From the NCBI RefSeq assembly GCF_006345805.1, contig NW_021836303.1, forward strand, positions 10,025-74,024: DNA of 64,000 nt, written 5' to 3'. Numbering within the stretch: the stretch's first letter is position 1; the number at the start of each line of letters is the position of its first letter. The notes under the pieces are model-generated. The model did no database searches. It saw only the letters and a list, made by a program, of their open reading frames with translations, and was not told where the DNA came from. The position numbers and the translations under genes are program-made. Origin of the DNA: Octopus sinensis. Its lineage: Eukaryota. This document shows positions 1 through 12,800 of this stretch, piece by piece.

Positions 1-132
1 CAGTTCGTAAAAAGCCCGCCATTTACCGGATATATGATTTATAAACATTCCATGTGCTTGGCCGGAGTGAGCAGTTGTCAGTTCGTCTTCGCTACGTAAG
101 GTTGGTAGTTTATTTATGATGTGTTCAGAATC

Positions 133-190
133 AGTTCTGCTGACGATCATTAGACGTAAGTTGAATGTGAAATCACGGTGATACAGAACT
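133..190 (+). ncRNA. Type I hammerhead ribozyme motif (canonical core)
   Basis: Stem I AGTTCTG(133-139)/CAGAACT(184-190); core CTGACGA(140-146); stem II CATT/AATG with a U-U closing mismatch; GAAA(169-172); stem III ATCA-CGG-TGAT; cleavage triplet AUA. Confidence 0.7.
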
Positions 191-310
191 AAATTCATTT
201 TTTTAAATGTCTTGCTTGAAAAACTGCATTTGGGTATGATTAGTATAATTTTGGTAGTAATGACTTTGTCCCTCCTAGTGTGAGGCATTATGTGTAATAA
301 TGCCCTCTAT

Positions 311-344
<34 letters not shown>

Positions 345-345
<1 letters not shown>

Positions 346-422
346 TGAGCGTCCATAATAATACTATATTTGTTCCACGCTCCTCGCGTTGTTGTGTTTT
401 CTCTTTGTGTTTTCATGTTTGG

Positions 423-430
<8 letters not shown>
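345..430 (+). mobile_element. 3' fragment of the hammerhead-bearing short repeat family F (see 36990, 59050)
   Basis: ctgagcgtc..taatactatatttgttccacg..ctcgcgttgttgtgtttt..gtttggattaa matches 37070-37150 and 59127-59205; flanked by (TA)n. Confidence 0.7.
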
Positions 431-461
<31 letters not shown>

Positions 462-982
462 CTATAAATGTATATATATGTGTATTTAGATGCGCGTGTG
501 TGTCTGTATATATGTATGTATCTATGTATGTATCTATGTATGTATTCAAATATGTAGTAAAGGCATCTTCGAATGATGGTTATTTTATGGCCGTGAATGT
601 GACAATTTAAAAAGAAAACCTAGCAAGGGATTCGCACAGAGAATCTCATTAATTTCCATAGCACATGTCCCGTTTTTGTTTTTTGTTTTTTTACTTTCTC
701 TTCTACTCTTTTCTTCCATCACTATCTCGAGCTGGACTTGTTTGAAATAAAGCAGATGAATCACCGTAAAAACACACAAGCTTCATATTATAAATAAGCA
801 GAAAGACTGATCAGACAATGGTGTGCAAAGTATATCTTCAAAAATGACGTTTTCATGACTGGTAGGGTTTCTTCGATGGGAATCGACCTGGGGTTAAACA
901 ACATCGGTGACACACTCACCACCACCACCACCACCACCACCACCAGAACCAAATTCACCACCACCAACACCGCCAACAGCAT

Positions 983-1352
983 GTGGAGGCGCAATGACCC
1001 AGTGGTTAGGGCAGCGCACTCTCGGTCGGAGGATCGCGGTTTCGATTCACAGACCAGGCGTTGTGTGTGTTTATTGAGCGAAAACACCTAAAAAGGTCCA
1101 CGAGGCTCCGGCAGGGGGTGGGGTGGGGTGGCGATCCCTGTTGTACTCTTTCGCCCCAACTTTCTCTCACTCTTTCCTCCTGGTTCTTGTCCTCGACGTC
1201 CTACGCAACCACTGAGACTGGATGCGCTTTCATCCATCCGTCGATGCTCTCGGTGTCTGGGGTTGATCTGCTCTCTCTTCTGCGGGTCGTACGAATAGCA
1301 AAGGACCACGTTTCGGACTTCTCCAACTAGGACGAAGACCGCTTCGCTAAAC
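983..1352 (+). mobile_element. tRNA-derived SINE, head H1 with a 3' body not seen elsewhere in the window
   Basis: Head gtggaggcgcaatg..cagtggttagggcagcg..ggtttcgattc (A/B-box-like) shared with 14399, 15401 and 19684; different body after about 1190; ends in (CAAA)n. Confidence 0.75.
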
Positions 1353-1644
1353 AAACAAACAAACAAACAGCAACAACAACAATGACAACAACGAAATCAA
1401 CAATAAAACGAGAAGAAACGCCTAAGCAACTATAGCAACAATAGTATTTGTTTATCAACAAAGGTGCCTATAGATGGCAGCACAGCATTTTAGGAGTGGC
1501 AGTCAAAATCTTCTTGGAATCAAACCTTAATATCTTTGAAGTGGTAAAGAAGGACGCATGCGACATGACTGTTGTTGATATACCAACATAGGCGTGATCA
1601 TCGCTATTAAAGGTAAAGGCTATCTTCTCGAGTAATGCCGACCC

Positions 1645-1815
1645 TTAAGGGCCGGCTTCCCGGTTTTTCGGTTTCTGGGACGACGGTCCGTCACAGCATT
1701 ACATATTTTTGCCGGCTGAGTGGAGTGGAGCAATATAAAATAAAGTGTTTTGCTCAGGAACACAACACAACGCCCGGTCCATGAATCGAAACCATAATCT
1801 TACGATCATCAGCTC
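1645..1815 (-). mobile_element. Degenerate SINE, head H2 (CORE-like) with tail T2
   Basis: Reverse complement of B-box, gagcaaaacactttattt..gctccactccactcagc and ggaaaccgggaagccggccc; similar to 2500 and 40815. Confidence 0.6.
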
Positions 1816-2499
1816 TGTCACGTGACTTTCAGTGGCCTCCTGCAACTTTTTTATTTTGAGGCCTCATCCCTTCAATCAAAATTCATTATCTACGCACCTT
1901 TTATTCATAGCTATATTTTACTTTATTCTCTCTGCAGTTCAATATTTCACGTTATCTTTAAAAGTGCAAGTTAAATTTTATTAGGTCTATTACAAATTTC
2001 AATAAGTGAAAGTTCCAGATATGAATAAAAGAGCACTTTTATAATCCTGGCAACTTTTAAAGACAAACACTGCGCACTTTTCACTTCATGAAATCATTGA
2101 TCAGTTCAGAATAATCAAGCTGAGAGAAAGTTCGTGTTCAATAGATTTCATAGAGAATCCACAAAATCTGGTTCCTGTTCATGGTACAATGAAATATTTT
2201 TATAAGAACTTTTACGGGTACAATTATTACAATTTTATTTCTTGAAATTTTCACTTAACATAGGCAGTTTAATTTTTGTTCAACATCTTAACCAAAGTAA
2301 ATAGATGACTCATCTACCTACTTTGATCTTAACATAGGGCCTCTCAACCGTGGAGGCCCTCTGAGACGGCAGAGATTGCAGAGTCCCTGATGAAAATGAA
2401 TCCAACACCCTAACCTCTAAGCCTGATGATCATGAATCTAAAACCTTAAACACGAAGCCATGTGTCTCCACAAAACTTACCATCTCGAGTCATACGGAC

Positions 2500-2720
2500 T
2501 CATAAGGGCCGGTTTCCCGGTTTTCACGACGTATATATCCCCACAGGGACAAGACGACAGTCCGTCGCAGGATTACTAATTTTTGCCAGCTGAGCGGACT
2601 GGAGCAACGTGAAATGAAATGTTTTGCTCAAGAACACAACGCGTCACTCGGTCCAGGAATCGAAACTACAATCTTACGATCATAAATCCAACACTCTAAC
2701 CACTAAGCCACACATCTCAC
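2500..2720 (-). mobile_element. SINE, head H2 (CORE-like) with tail T2
   Basis: tRNA-like head on the minus strand (gtggcttagtggttagagtg...gtttcgattcc), central ttcttgagcaaaacattt..gttgctccagtccgctcagctgg, tail ggaaaccggccctt. Confidence 0.7.
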
Positions 2721-3169
2721 CACAATCGTCGCTTTCGGAATGTGTTTTATCGTAGGTATGTTGTACGACTACGGCAGGACAGGGAATGACATAACACCAA
2801 CATCAAATGCAGTATCCACAACAATAGCACAAACTATCAAGAGAACAACATCTACAGTAGCAACAAATCGTGTATGGAATCTAAAAACGAGACAGTATCA
2901 TATGTCATACAGTACTTTTCTGAAGAAACTACAACAAATGAATCTTAATGGATTCCATTTATGGAGATACAGTGCACAATAGTGATAGATTTAATTCGTT
3001 GCAGTGCATTTATATTTTTAGTGGATATATATACAATCGTTGGTCAGATATTTATGGCGTCGGTATGAACGTACTGAAATGAGAGAACAAAACTGGAATA
3101 TAAATGATCAGTTTGCAATGTCAGTATGTTCAGTGCATGTATTGGACATTGGATTATGCGCCTGTGTGT

Positions 3170-3364
3170 GATTGTGTGTTTTCGTGTGTATATATATATG
3201 TGTGTGTGCGTGTGTGTGTATATACCTATGTATGACTGTAAATATATATATATGTAGTCATGTATATATATATATGTATGTGTGTGTGTCTAGATTTATA
3301 TATCTCTATCTATCTATCTATCTATCTATCCATCTATCTATCTATCTATCTATCTATCTATATA

Positions 3365-3412
<48 letters not shown>

Positions 3413-3443
3413 CAATCTATCTATCTATCTATCGATATATATG

Positions 3444-3500
<57 letters not shown>
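3170..3500. repeat. Compound microsatellite (TG)n/(TCTA)n/(TA)n
   Basis: Seen directly. Confidence 0.95.
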
Positions 3501-3501
<1 letters not shown>

Positions 3502-3689
3502 CTTTCAATTCTGAATATTGCCGATTCCAGTGCATTTACAGCCATCCCTCGTTAGATAGTTGTTTTGGGGATGTATGAAGTAATAATGGACGTCGAAGAT
3601 TACTTTGACAGGATTTGAACTCATGACGTAAATAAGAAGAGGAAGAAGAAGAAGACCACAACAACAACAACAGCAACAGCAGCAACGAC

Positions 3690-3884
3690 TACAACAAGAA
3701 CAATATCGACAGCATAAATAGTAACAACAAAAACCACAGCAAAAAAAAGAGAATCATAATGTTTCCTAATTTGGAACAAGGTCAAACATTTAACCGATTC
3801 TACCAATCCATAGTTCTGTTTAATAATATTGAATAATAATAATAATAATAATAATAAATAATAATAATAATAAATAATATAATA

Positions 3885-3920
<36 letters not shown>

Positions 3921-4086
3921 GATAATGATATGTTGATAATGAGGATAATAATAATATTCATAATAATAATAATAGTAAATATAATAATAATATTAATAAT
4001 AATTAATATAATAATATTAATAATAATAATATCATTAATAATAATAATAATATTAATAATAATAATAATAGTAATAATAAATAATA

Positions 4087-4128
<42 letters not shown>

Positions 4129-4312
4129 TGATGATGATGATGATAATGATGATGATGATGATGATGATGATGATAATGATAATGATGATAATGAGGATAA
4201 TAATAATATTCATATATAATAATAGTATATAATAATAATAATATTATAATAATAATAATAATATAATATTAATAATAATAATAATATTAATATAATAATA
4301 ATAATAATAATA

Positions 4313-4356
<44 letters not shown>

Positions 4357-4875
4357 GTAATAATAATAATAATAATATAATAATAATAATATAATAATAA
4401 TAACAATCAAACAATAACAATAACACAGCAAAAAAATACCAAAAAAAGAGAATCATAATATTTCCTAATTTGGAAACAAGGTCAAACATTTAACCGATTC
4501 TACCATCCATAGTTCTGTTTAATAATATGAATATAATAATAATAATAATATAATAATAATACTAATAAATAATACAATAATAATAATAATATAATAATAA
4601 TAAAATAATACCAGATATAATGATGCTATGATGATAATGATGATGATGATGATGATGATGGATATTGATAATGATGATAATGAGGATAATAATAATATTC
4701 ATAATAATAATAATAGTAATAATAATAATAATAATATTAATAATAATAATAATAATTATATTAATAATAATAATAATATTAATAATAATAGTAATAATAT
4801 AATATATAATAATAATAAATAATAATATAATAATAATAATAGTAATAATAAATAATAATAATAATAATAGTAATA

Positions 4876-4930
<55 letters not shown>

Positions 4931-4960
4931 AATAATAATAATGATAATGATGATGCTGAT
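3690..4960. repeat. (AAT)n/(GAT)n array containing a duplicated ~120-bp unique spacer
   Basis: gagaatcataat..cctaatttgga..caaggtcaaacatttaaccgattctacc..atccatagttctgttt at about 3745-3830 and 4445-4530. Confidence 0.9.
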
Positions 4961-5129
4961 ATTGTTGATGATGAGGTTTTCCAAATTTGACATGCTCAAT
5001 AATTGTTTTGTCAGACTCATCTATCTTTGTCAAAACTAGTAATTTAACCTAGTTTTAACGTTGTTTAACAGATACTGACCCAATATGTCACTCCAACATA
5101 TTCACGCGTGCGCCTGTGCGATTCTGTAG

Positions 5130-5262
5130 TATGAGCGTGTGTGTGTGTGTGTGTGTGTGTGTTTGTGTAGGATGTTCAAGAGCCTGATCCGTGAGTATGT
5201 GTGTGTGCGTGTATACATTTATATATTTATATATATATATACGTACACACACACACACACAC

Positions 5263-5295
<33 letters not shown>

Positions 5296-6140
5296 TATGC
5301 GTGTGTGTTTCTGTGTGCTTGCTTGTGTGTGTGTGTGTGTTTGTGTGTGTGTTTGTGCGTTTGTGTGTGTGTGTGTGTGTAGGATGTTCAAGAGCCTGAT
5401 CCGTGAGTATGTGTGTGTGCGTGTATACATTCATATATTTATATTTATATATACGTACACACACACACACACACAAATATATATATATATATGTACATAT
5501 GCGTGTGTGTTTATGTGTGCTTGCTTGTGTGTGTGTGTGTGTTTCTGCGTTTGTGTGTGTGTGTGTGTGTGTGTGTAGGATGTTCAAGAGCCTGATTGCG
5601 ATGTAGATGCTTCGTTTAAAGATTATATGTTAGCATACACTTACATGCACGCGTACACACTCACACACACACACACACACACACACAAATACCAACACCC
5701 CCACACACACACATACATGCGCACACACTCACACACACACGTGCACACAGACAAACGATTACGCACACACATATATACAAATATGCACATATTCATCCGT
5801 GAGTATGTGTGTGTGTGTGCGTGTATACATTTATATATTTATATTTATATATACGTACACACACACACGCACACAAATATATATATATTATATATGTACA
5901 TATGCATATATATATAGAGAGATATAGTTACACACACATATACACACGCATGCGCACACACACACATATATACATATGCATATATATATAGAGAGTATAG
6001 TTACACACACATATACACACGCATGCGCACACACACACATATATACATATGCATACATACATATAAAAATATATGTATACATATATATGTGTGTTTTCTA
6101 CAACCCGTATATTTTTCTTCTCTTATATACATACACACAC

Positions 6141-6174
<34 letters not shown>

Positions 6175-6318
6175 CACACACACACACATATATACATATA
6201 CATATATACATATACATACATATAAAAATATATGTATACATATATATGTGTGTTTTCTACACCCCGTATATTTTTCTTCTCTTCTATACATACACACACA
6301 CACACGCACACACACACA

Positions 6319-6352
<34 letters not shown>

Positions 6353-6360
6353 TATAGCGG
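5130..6360. repeat. ~200-bp minisatellite of CA/TA tracts with unique anchors
   Basis: Anchor gtaggatgttcaagagcctgat at about 5167, 5378 and 5576; second anchor gtgttttctaca.cccgtatatttttcttc twice near 6090 and 6250. Confidence 0.9.
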
Positions 6361-7583
6361 TGAAACAGAGAGGAAATGAAATGGAAGGAGAGAGAGAGAG
6401 AGAAAAAGAGTGAGTGACAGTTTTTTTTTTTTAATTGTGCCTTCATTGTCTCCATCCTCGATGTTTATAAAATTCAGCAAAAAAAAAAAAAATCTGATAA
6501 AGAAAAAAATAACTCAAAGATCTAATAACAAACAGTAATAAAAAAAAAATGACCTTTTACCAAGAATTAAAATGACACTTTTGTTTCACAGCATCCCCCC
6601 CGCCCCCCCGCCGCATCCCTGACACCCACCCCGCGACACATTTTTCTCTCTTTGTTCTTCTCTTCTTCATAATCTTCACTTCATTCTCGGCGATTGTTTT
6701 ATGCGTCGAAACCGCTCTGTTTACATTTTTCTTCTCGTCCATATTTTGTAAACTTCCATATTTATTTTTCTGTTTTACTTCTTGACTTGATTGTGTTTGG
6801 CGCTAAATTAAAATCACGTGACACCAACATTGCGTCCACAGATAACAGAATAAAAGAAACTGGAGACAGTCTTTTTTTTTTAAATTGACACCAAATGTTT
6901 TTTTTTTTTTGTTTTTTTCCTGACTTTCAATGTTGGTTGTGTGAGTTGGAAACGATGTGGGACATAGAGCGGGGATTAGATTTTTTTCGATTTCGTTCTC
7001 TTTTGTTAGTTTTTCATATTTTTTAATTTTATCTTATTCTAATTTCGAGATTTCAAAGAGAGAACTGCCTGTCATCGTTAAAGGAAATATAGTTTGTAAT
7101 CTAACCATTGCGAGATCTAATTCTATACCTGCTTTGCTTGTTCTTTATTTATTTATTATTATTATTATTAACCTCAAGTCATATTTTATAGAATAAACTT
7201 TTTCGATGAAAAATGCATTCCAGCCATGAACAGACTATATTTTGCTAAATTCTAGAATAGTAAAGGCGCGAGGCCTAGTGATAAGGGTGCTGCATTCAGG
7301 ACCACAGGATCGTGGTTTCGATCCTCCGCCCGGGCGGTGCCTTTTGTCCCTGAGAAAAGGTTTCCGTTTCAAGGTGCCCCAATTCACCCAGCTGCCAATT
7401 AGTAAATCCTCGATGGATTGGCGTCTCGTTCTAGGAGAATGTTATGGTTTCAGTTCCTTAAAAACTTTGGAAGTCAGGTATCCAACATTATGATTTCTAG
7501 GGTTCGAGGGAGCTCGAGGATTCTATGTCTTGGATGACATTATCCAATGCTTTCTATTTTTTCCCGCGCTTTCCTCTCTGAAC

Positions 7584-7914
7584 GCGCGTGGCCCAGTAGT
7601 TAGCGCGTAGGGCTCACAATCATGAGGTAGTGAGTTCAATTCCCGGACCGGGCAGTGTCTTTTGTTTTTGAGCAAGACACTTTATTTCACGTTGCCCCAG
7701 TTCACTCAGCTGTAGAAATGAGTTGCGAAGTCACTGATACCAAGATGTATCAGCAGTTTGCCTTTCTCTTGGATAACATCAGTGATGTGGAGAAGGGAGG
7801 CTGGTATGCATGAGTGACCGCTGGTCTTCCATAAACAACTTTGCCCAGACTTGTGCCTCGGAGAGGAATTTTCTAGGTGCAATCCCATGGTCATTCACGA
7901 CCGAAGGAGGTCTC
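7584..7914 (+). mobile_element. SINE, head H2 (CORE-like) with tail T3
   Basis: tRNA-like head, ttgagcaagacactttatttcacgttgc..cagttcactcagctgtagaaatgagtt, tail ...ctaggtgcaatcccatggtcattc..gaaggaggtctc; paralogue at 37931. Confidence 0.8.
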
Positions 7915-7968
7915 TACTACTTTATTCTACTTTTTCCTAATGTACTAGTGCATAATGCGGTACTGATA

Positions 7969-8199
7969 TACGAGGGTGAGTCAAAAAGTAATGCCATTTT
8001 CGTTAGGGCAGGTATAATTACCTATACAGAAACATGTATCATACATCAAAATGCAGCTGGTCCTCTGTGGATCACATCCCTATTTCTCAACATAGTCTCC
8101 GTTTCTCTCAATACCAATGTTCTACCTTCGAATGAGAGCATGTATCCCTGCTTCGTAATATTCTGTTGACTGTCCTTTGAGCCACTTCTTCACTAGTTT
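7969..8199 (-). mobile_element. Mariner (Tc1/mariner) 3' fragment with TIR and transposase C-terminus
   Basis: TA + CGAGGGTGAGTCAAAAAGT mariner-type TIR; minus-strand translation LVKKWLKGQSTEYYEAGIHALIRR*NIGIERNGDYVEK* fits the typical mariner C-terminus (WL..Q..FY..GI..L..RW..CI...GDYVE). Confidence 0.8.
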
Positions 8200-9059
8200 T
8201 CCCTTCCTCGTACTGGAATAATTTCGATCCTGTTTCTCGCATTCAGCTCTGTCTTGAGTATTGCTCTTACTCTGCGATAACATTCTCTCCTGATCCTTTC
8301 CTTCATCACTGAATGCCTTATCCCGTCTCCTTCAATTACCCCTAGATACTTGTAGTTCTCCGCTGGGTCTAATTCTTTTATGACATTCTGCTGGTCAAGT
8401 TTAACGTTAGATGTTTCTGTCATTTTTCCTTTGATAAAGGTAGCTTTTGCACACTTATCGAGGCCAAATTGCATTCTGATGTCATCACTGAATTGTTTGA
8501 CAATCGCTAGTAAGCCCTTGAGTTGTTGGTCATTTTTTGCAAAGAGCTTTAAATCATCCATGCAAATGAGATGATTTATATTTCTATCAAACATTTTATA
8601 TCCGTACTGCGCGTCATTGAGCAGTTTTGAGAGAGGTATTAAGTTTAAACAGAAGAGGAAAGGTGATAGTGAGTCACCCTGGAAAATGCCACATGAAATT
8701 TTTACATCACCAGCATTTAGAGATTCATTGTCACTGTTCAAAGTTAGTTTGGTTCTCCATGATCTCATACTTACAGACAAAATGTTTCGCAGAGTAGGTG
8801 CTATCTTATACATTTCTAGGCATTTCTTAATCCAGCTATGTGGTAGGCTATCAAAAGCCTTTTTATAGTCTATCCAGGCTATTGATAAGTTTTTGGGTCG
8901 TTTGTGACAATCTTCTAAGATCATCTTATTGATGAGTAGTTGATCTTTACAACCGTAGGATCCACGTTTACATCCTTTCTGTTCATTAGGGAATATGCTG
9001 CTGTCTGTCAAAAAACTATAGGTATATTCCGTCAGGACAGATGTTAGTGTTTTATACAT
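8193..9059 (-). pseudogene. Reverse transcriptase domain of the R4/Dong-like element
   Basis: RT motifs as above; catalytic YMDD appears as CMDD; the reading frame runs into mariner DNA after ELNARNRIEII; no C-terminal endonuclease. Confidence 0.85.
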
Positions 9060-10215
9060 AGTTGTTAAGCAGGTTATGGGTCTATAGTTTTTTGGTTCAT
9101 TTGTTTCTTCACTTTTTGGAAGCAGCAGGAATGTTAACCCATTAACTAACCAAGGAAAACATCATTGTAAAGTTCCGTTAGCAGTTCATGGTTCTCTGGG
9201 AAGTCATTCAACCAGAAGTTAGGGATTTTATCCTTTCCTGGAGACTTCCATTTGCTTGACCTCCTGAGAGCAGATCTTATATCTTCTACCTTGACACCCT
9301 CCCACTTTTGCTCTTCTAAGGGGTCCAGTTCTGTAGATATTCTGTCAATCCAGGGGGCCTTTTCGCTGTGTGTTTTTTCTTCTGCCCAGATTTTATTCCA
9401 AAATCCCTGCACTTCTTCTTTTGATGGTACAGACTTTACAGTAACTGGTGTTTTTCCTATCTTCCTGTAAACATTTTTGGGGTTATTTTTGAACGTGTTG
9501 TTGTCCCTGAAAAATCTAGTTTTGGGTTTTTGTAGGTTTGGTAGTCTTATGAGCCTTAAGGTTTTTCAAATATTCAATATCAGATCTAAATAGTTTAATT
9601 TGTTGTTGTAAACGCTCTTGCCAAGAAGGCTTTTTGTGGAAATGTTGCCGCTTTCTAATCTTTTCACCACATAGGATCGTTGAGATTTTCGCGGATGCAT
9701 AGTATAGGTGATTTAGATCTGTGATATCAACATCATTAGCTGAAATTATATCCTTAAGTGCAAGCCAGATTTTACCAATTATTTTCATGTTTTGGTTAGA
9801 GTTGCGGATTTTAGGGAGTGTATCACGTTCATCCATACTGGTTTCTTTAATTTTCAGCCATTCAATCATGATTTGACATTTTAGCTCATGTAGTTCTGTC
9901 GGGTCAATATTTGTGTGACTTTCTTCATCTATTTGATGTTCATCTGTCTTAGTGTTTATGTTTGGTTCACTTATACTAATTCTTTCAATCCTTACTTCGT
10001 TTTTATTAGCTCTGGGCTGGTCTATAATTATTTCCTCTGTATTATCTTCTTTAGCTGCAGCTTCGTTCATTCTATCCGTTACTGCTTGTCTAATTTGATC
10101 AATCTCTACTTCAGTCAGTAATTTTTGTTTATAATGTTTCTTCTGACGTTGGTAAGTTTGTTACTGTTTATGTAGGGTCTTGCTTCAGAGTGTTTCTGTC
10201 TCCAGTTTATGTAGG
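8200..10215 (-). mobile_element. Non-LTR retrotransposon of R4/Dong type, 5'- and 3'-truncated, frameshifted
   Basis: Collinear ORFs 9516-10070, 9146-9412 (FWNKIW, WKSPGKDKIPNFWL) and 8193-9059 (NYRPITCL, EQKGC, IDYKKAFDS, GIFQGDSLSP, CMDDLKLF, FGLDKC, YKYLG); 5' end abuts (TAA)n. Confidence 0.85.
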
Positions 10216-10217
<2 letters not shown>

Positions 10218-10277
<60 letters not shown>

Positions 10278-10323
10278 TACTATTATTATTATTATTATTA
10301 TATTATTTTATTATTATTATTAC

Positions 10324-10360
<37 letters not shown>

Positions 10361-10379
10361 TTATTATTATTATTATTAC

Positions 10380-10430
<51 letters not shown>

Positions 10431-10453
10431 TATTATTATTATTATTATTATTA

Positions 10454-10534
<81 letters not shown>

Positions 10535-10545
10535 CATCATTATTA
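10218..10545. repeat. (TTA/TAA)n microsatellite
   Basis: Seen directly. Confidence 0.95.
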
Positions 10546-10549
10546 CATA

Positions 10550-10757
10550 AGGCAGTGAGCTGCAGAAACGTTAGCACGCGGGACAAAATGCTAAGCAACA
10601 TTTGGTTCGTCATTATGTTTTAAGCTGAAATTCCGCCGAGGTTGACCTTGCCCTCCATCCTTTCGCGATCGATAAATTAAGTACCAGTAATATACTGTAA
10701 TCACCTAATCACCTACTACCCTACTCAAACTTTAAGGCTTGTCTAAATTAGAAAATT
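10550..10757 (+). mobile_element. Degenerate SINE family A (tRNA head + gtcgactttgcctttcatcctttcggggtcgataaattaagtacc core)
   Basis: Similar to the 16059 and 19138 copies; from memory the core resembles the Meta-SINE domain (needs checking). Confidence 0.7.
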
Positions 10758-10812
10758 ACTATTTTTTAAATCTCTCAACGTGAGATATTCAGCGACAGTA
10801 ATTTGTATTAAA

Positions 10813-11050
10813 ATTGTTTGCCAACATAACATCGCAGTCCTGGTTTAGGACTAATGTTGCTGTAATTTAGCCCCAGGAGACATCGTCTCCAGCTGGCTAT
10901 GCGACACGATCTGTGTCCTTGTATTCCTTTGTTCGAAAATAGAAGGACACAGATCGTGTCGTATAGCGAGCTGGAGATGATGTCTCCTGGTGCCAAATTA
11001 CAGCAACGTTAGTCCTAAACCAGGAGTGCCATGTTATGTTGGCAAACAAT
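10813..11050. repeat. 238-bp near-perfect palindrome (108-bp arms, 22-nt loop); MITE-like fold-back
   Basis: attgtttgccaacataacat...gatctgtgtcctt / aaggacacagatc...atgttatgttggcaaacaat; 8 mismatches counted by eye. Confidence 0.9.
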
Positions 11051-11110
11051 CTTTATTTTTGCATACAGTAGAAAGGATTATTATCATCATCATTATTATT
11101 ATTATTATCA

Positions 11111-11166
<56 letters not shown>

Positions 11167-11564
11167 GCTGATACTAGCAGCAGCAGCAGCAACAGCAGCA
11201 ACAGCAGCAACAGCAGCAACAGTAGCAGCACCCGCAGTATCATTAGTAACAGCAGTTTTATGCCACATGTTGGTCATTCCACTGCCGTTAACCTATTTTC
11301 GTTAATTTTGAGTCAATAACATTTCTTTGTTTTCAATATTTCCCTTTTTTTTTTCGCTCTTATTTATGTTGAAATTTACGAATTTGATATTTCTGCTTTG
11401 TTTTAATAAACCATTATCACTCATCAATCATCGTTCTCAAATAAGTAACAGCAAAAATGACAACAGCTGCTGCCGTGGAGGCACGACGGCCCACTGGTTA
11501 GGGCAGCGGACTCGCGGTCGTAAGAACGCGGTTTCGATTCCCAGACCGGACATTCTTTTCTACT

Positions 11565-11912
11565 CTAAGCACAAGGCCTGAAATTTGGGGGAAGGGTGTC
11601 AGTCGATTAGATCGACTCTAGTACGCATTAATTTATCGACCCCGAAAGGATGAAAGGCAAAGACGATCTTGACTGAATTTGAACTCAGAACGTAAAGACG
11701 TACGAAATACCTATTTCTTTACTAGGGGCTTAACACAGAGAGGACAAACAAGGACAGACAAACGGATTAAGTCGATTATATCAACCTCAGTGCGTAACTG
11801 GTACTTATTTAATCGACCCCGAAAGGATGAAATGCAAAGTCGACCTCGGCGGAATTTGAACTCAGAACGCAGCGGCAGACGAAATAACGCTAAGCATTTC
11901 GCTTGGCGTGAT
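11565..11912 (-). mobile_element. Dimeric SINE family A (monomer fused to a 5'-truncated monomer)
   Basis: On the minus strand the tail ...agtaaagaaata runs directly into ggtatttcgt..cgttctgagttcaaatt of a second monomer with a different tail. Confidence 0.75.
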
Positions 11913-12454
11913 AACGTTGAGCAAAAACACCTAAGCTCCCCGAGGCTCCGGCAGTGGGGTGGTGAACCCCGCTGTACTATTTCACCACAACTTTCTCCCA
12001 CTCTTTCTTCCTACTTCAGCCACAAAGCAGAAGAGCCTTGGTGTAACCCACTATGGTGTGGTAAAACTTTCAGACCCTAGTCTAGATTGCGAATCTTCTG
12101 TACTCCAGGATGGTTCAGCTCTCCACCCGTTCAAATCCACTGTTTACGGAATGAGGATAACAACGCACCTTTGGCGCCCGTGCAACCGCCAGTCTATCGC
12201 ATGTGGTGGGTGGATCTTCAAGTTGCCACACGCATTTTTAGTAGCTTAGAGTAGGCTCGAATTAAAGATTATTCTTTGTGGCTAATGGCGTGAGTCCAGA
12301 CTGGAAGAAGAAGACAGCTGCTGCAGGTCGAAGGATGATGCGCAGTCGAACTCCCTTACATAGATATCTCACAATATCAAATTACACTAGGCTTCAATGT
12401 ATATTAAAATCATAATGAAATATTTCTCTATATATAAAGTCCTTTTTATTCCTC

Positions 12455-12658
12455 TACTTGTTTCAGTCATTAGACTGCGGCTATGGTGGGGCACCGCCTT
12501 GAAGAATTGTTAGTCCAATGAATCGATCACAATACTTTCGTATGCTTTAAAACCTGGTTCTTATAATATTGCTTTCTTTTTGCCGAACTGCTGAGTTACG
12601 GGGATATAAACACACCAACACCGGTTGTCAACCTGTAATGAGGAGAAACACACACACG

Positions 12659-12698
<40 letters not shown>

Positions 12699-12800
12699 AC
12701 ACACACACCACACACACACACAAGCATATTTTTGACGAATAAAGAAATAACAAGCATATTTTTGACGGTCGTCTTTCAGTTTCTGTCTACCAAATCTAAT
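12455..12800 (-). mobile_element. Partial SINE family D (internal microsatellite type)
   Basis: cttgtttcagtcatt.gactgcgg..gcaccgcctt and ttgccgaac.gct.agt match 25255 and 57975. Confidence 0.65.

Noticed and set aside
2740-2982. Thr-rich ORF resembling a mucin-like exon
   Set aside because: No convincing splice sites or homology
6557-6742. Minus-strand ORF MDEKKNVNRAVSTHK... with an upstream CACGTGAC
   Set aside because: No recognisable homology, and the ORF ends in a G-run; cannot be supported as a first exon
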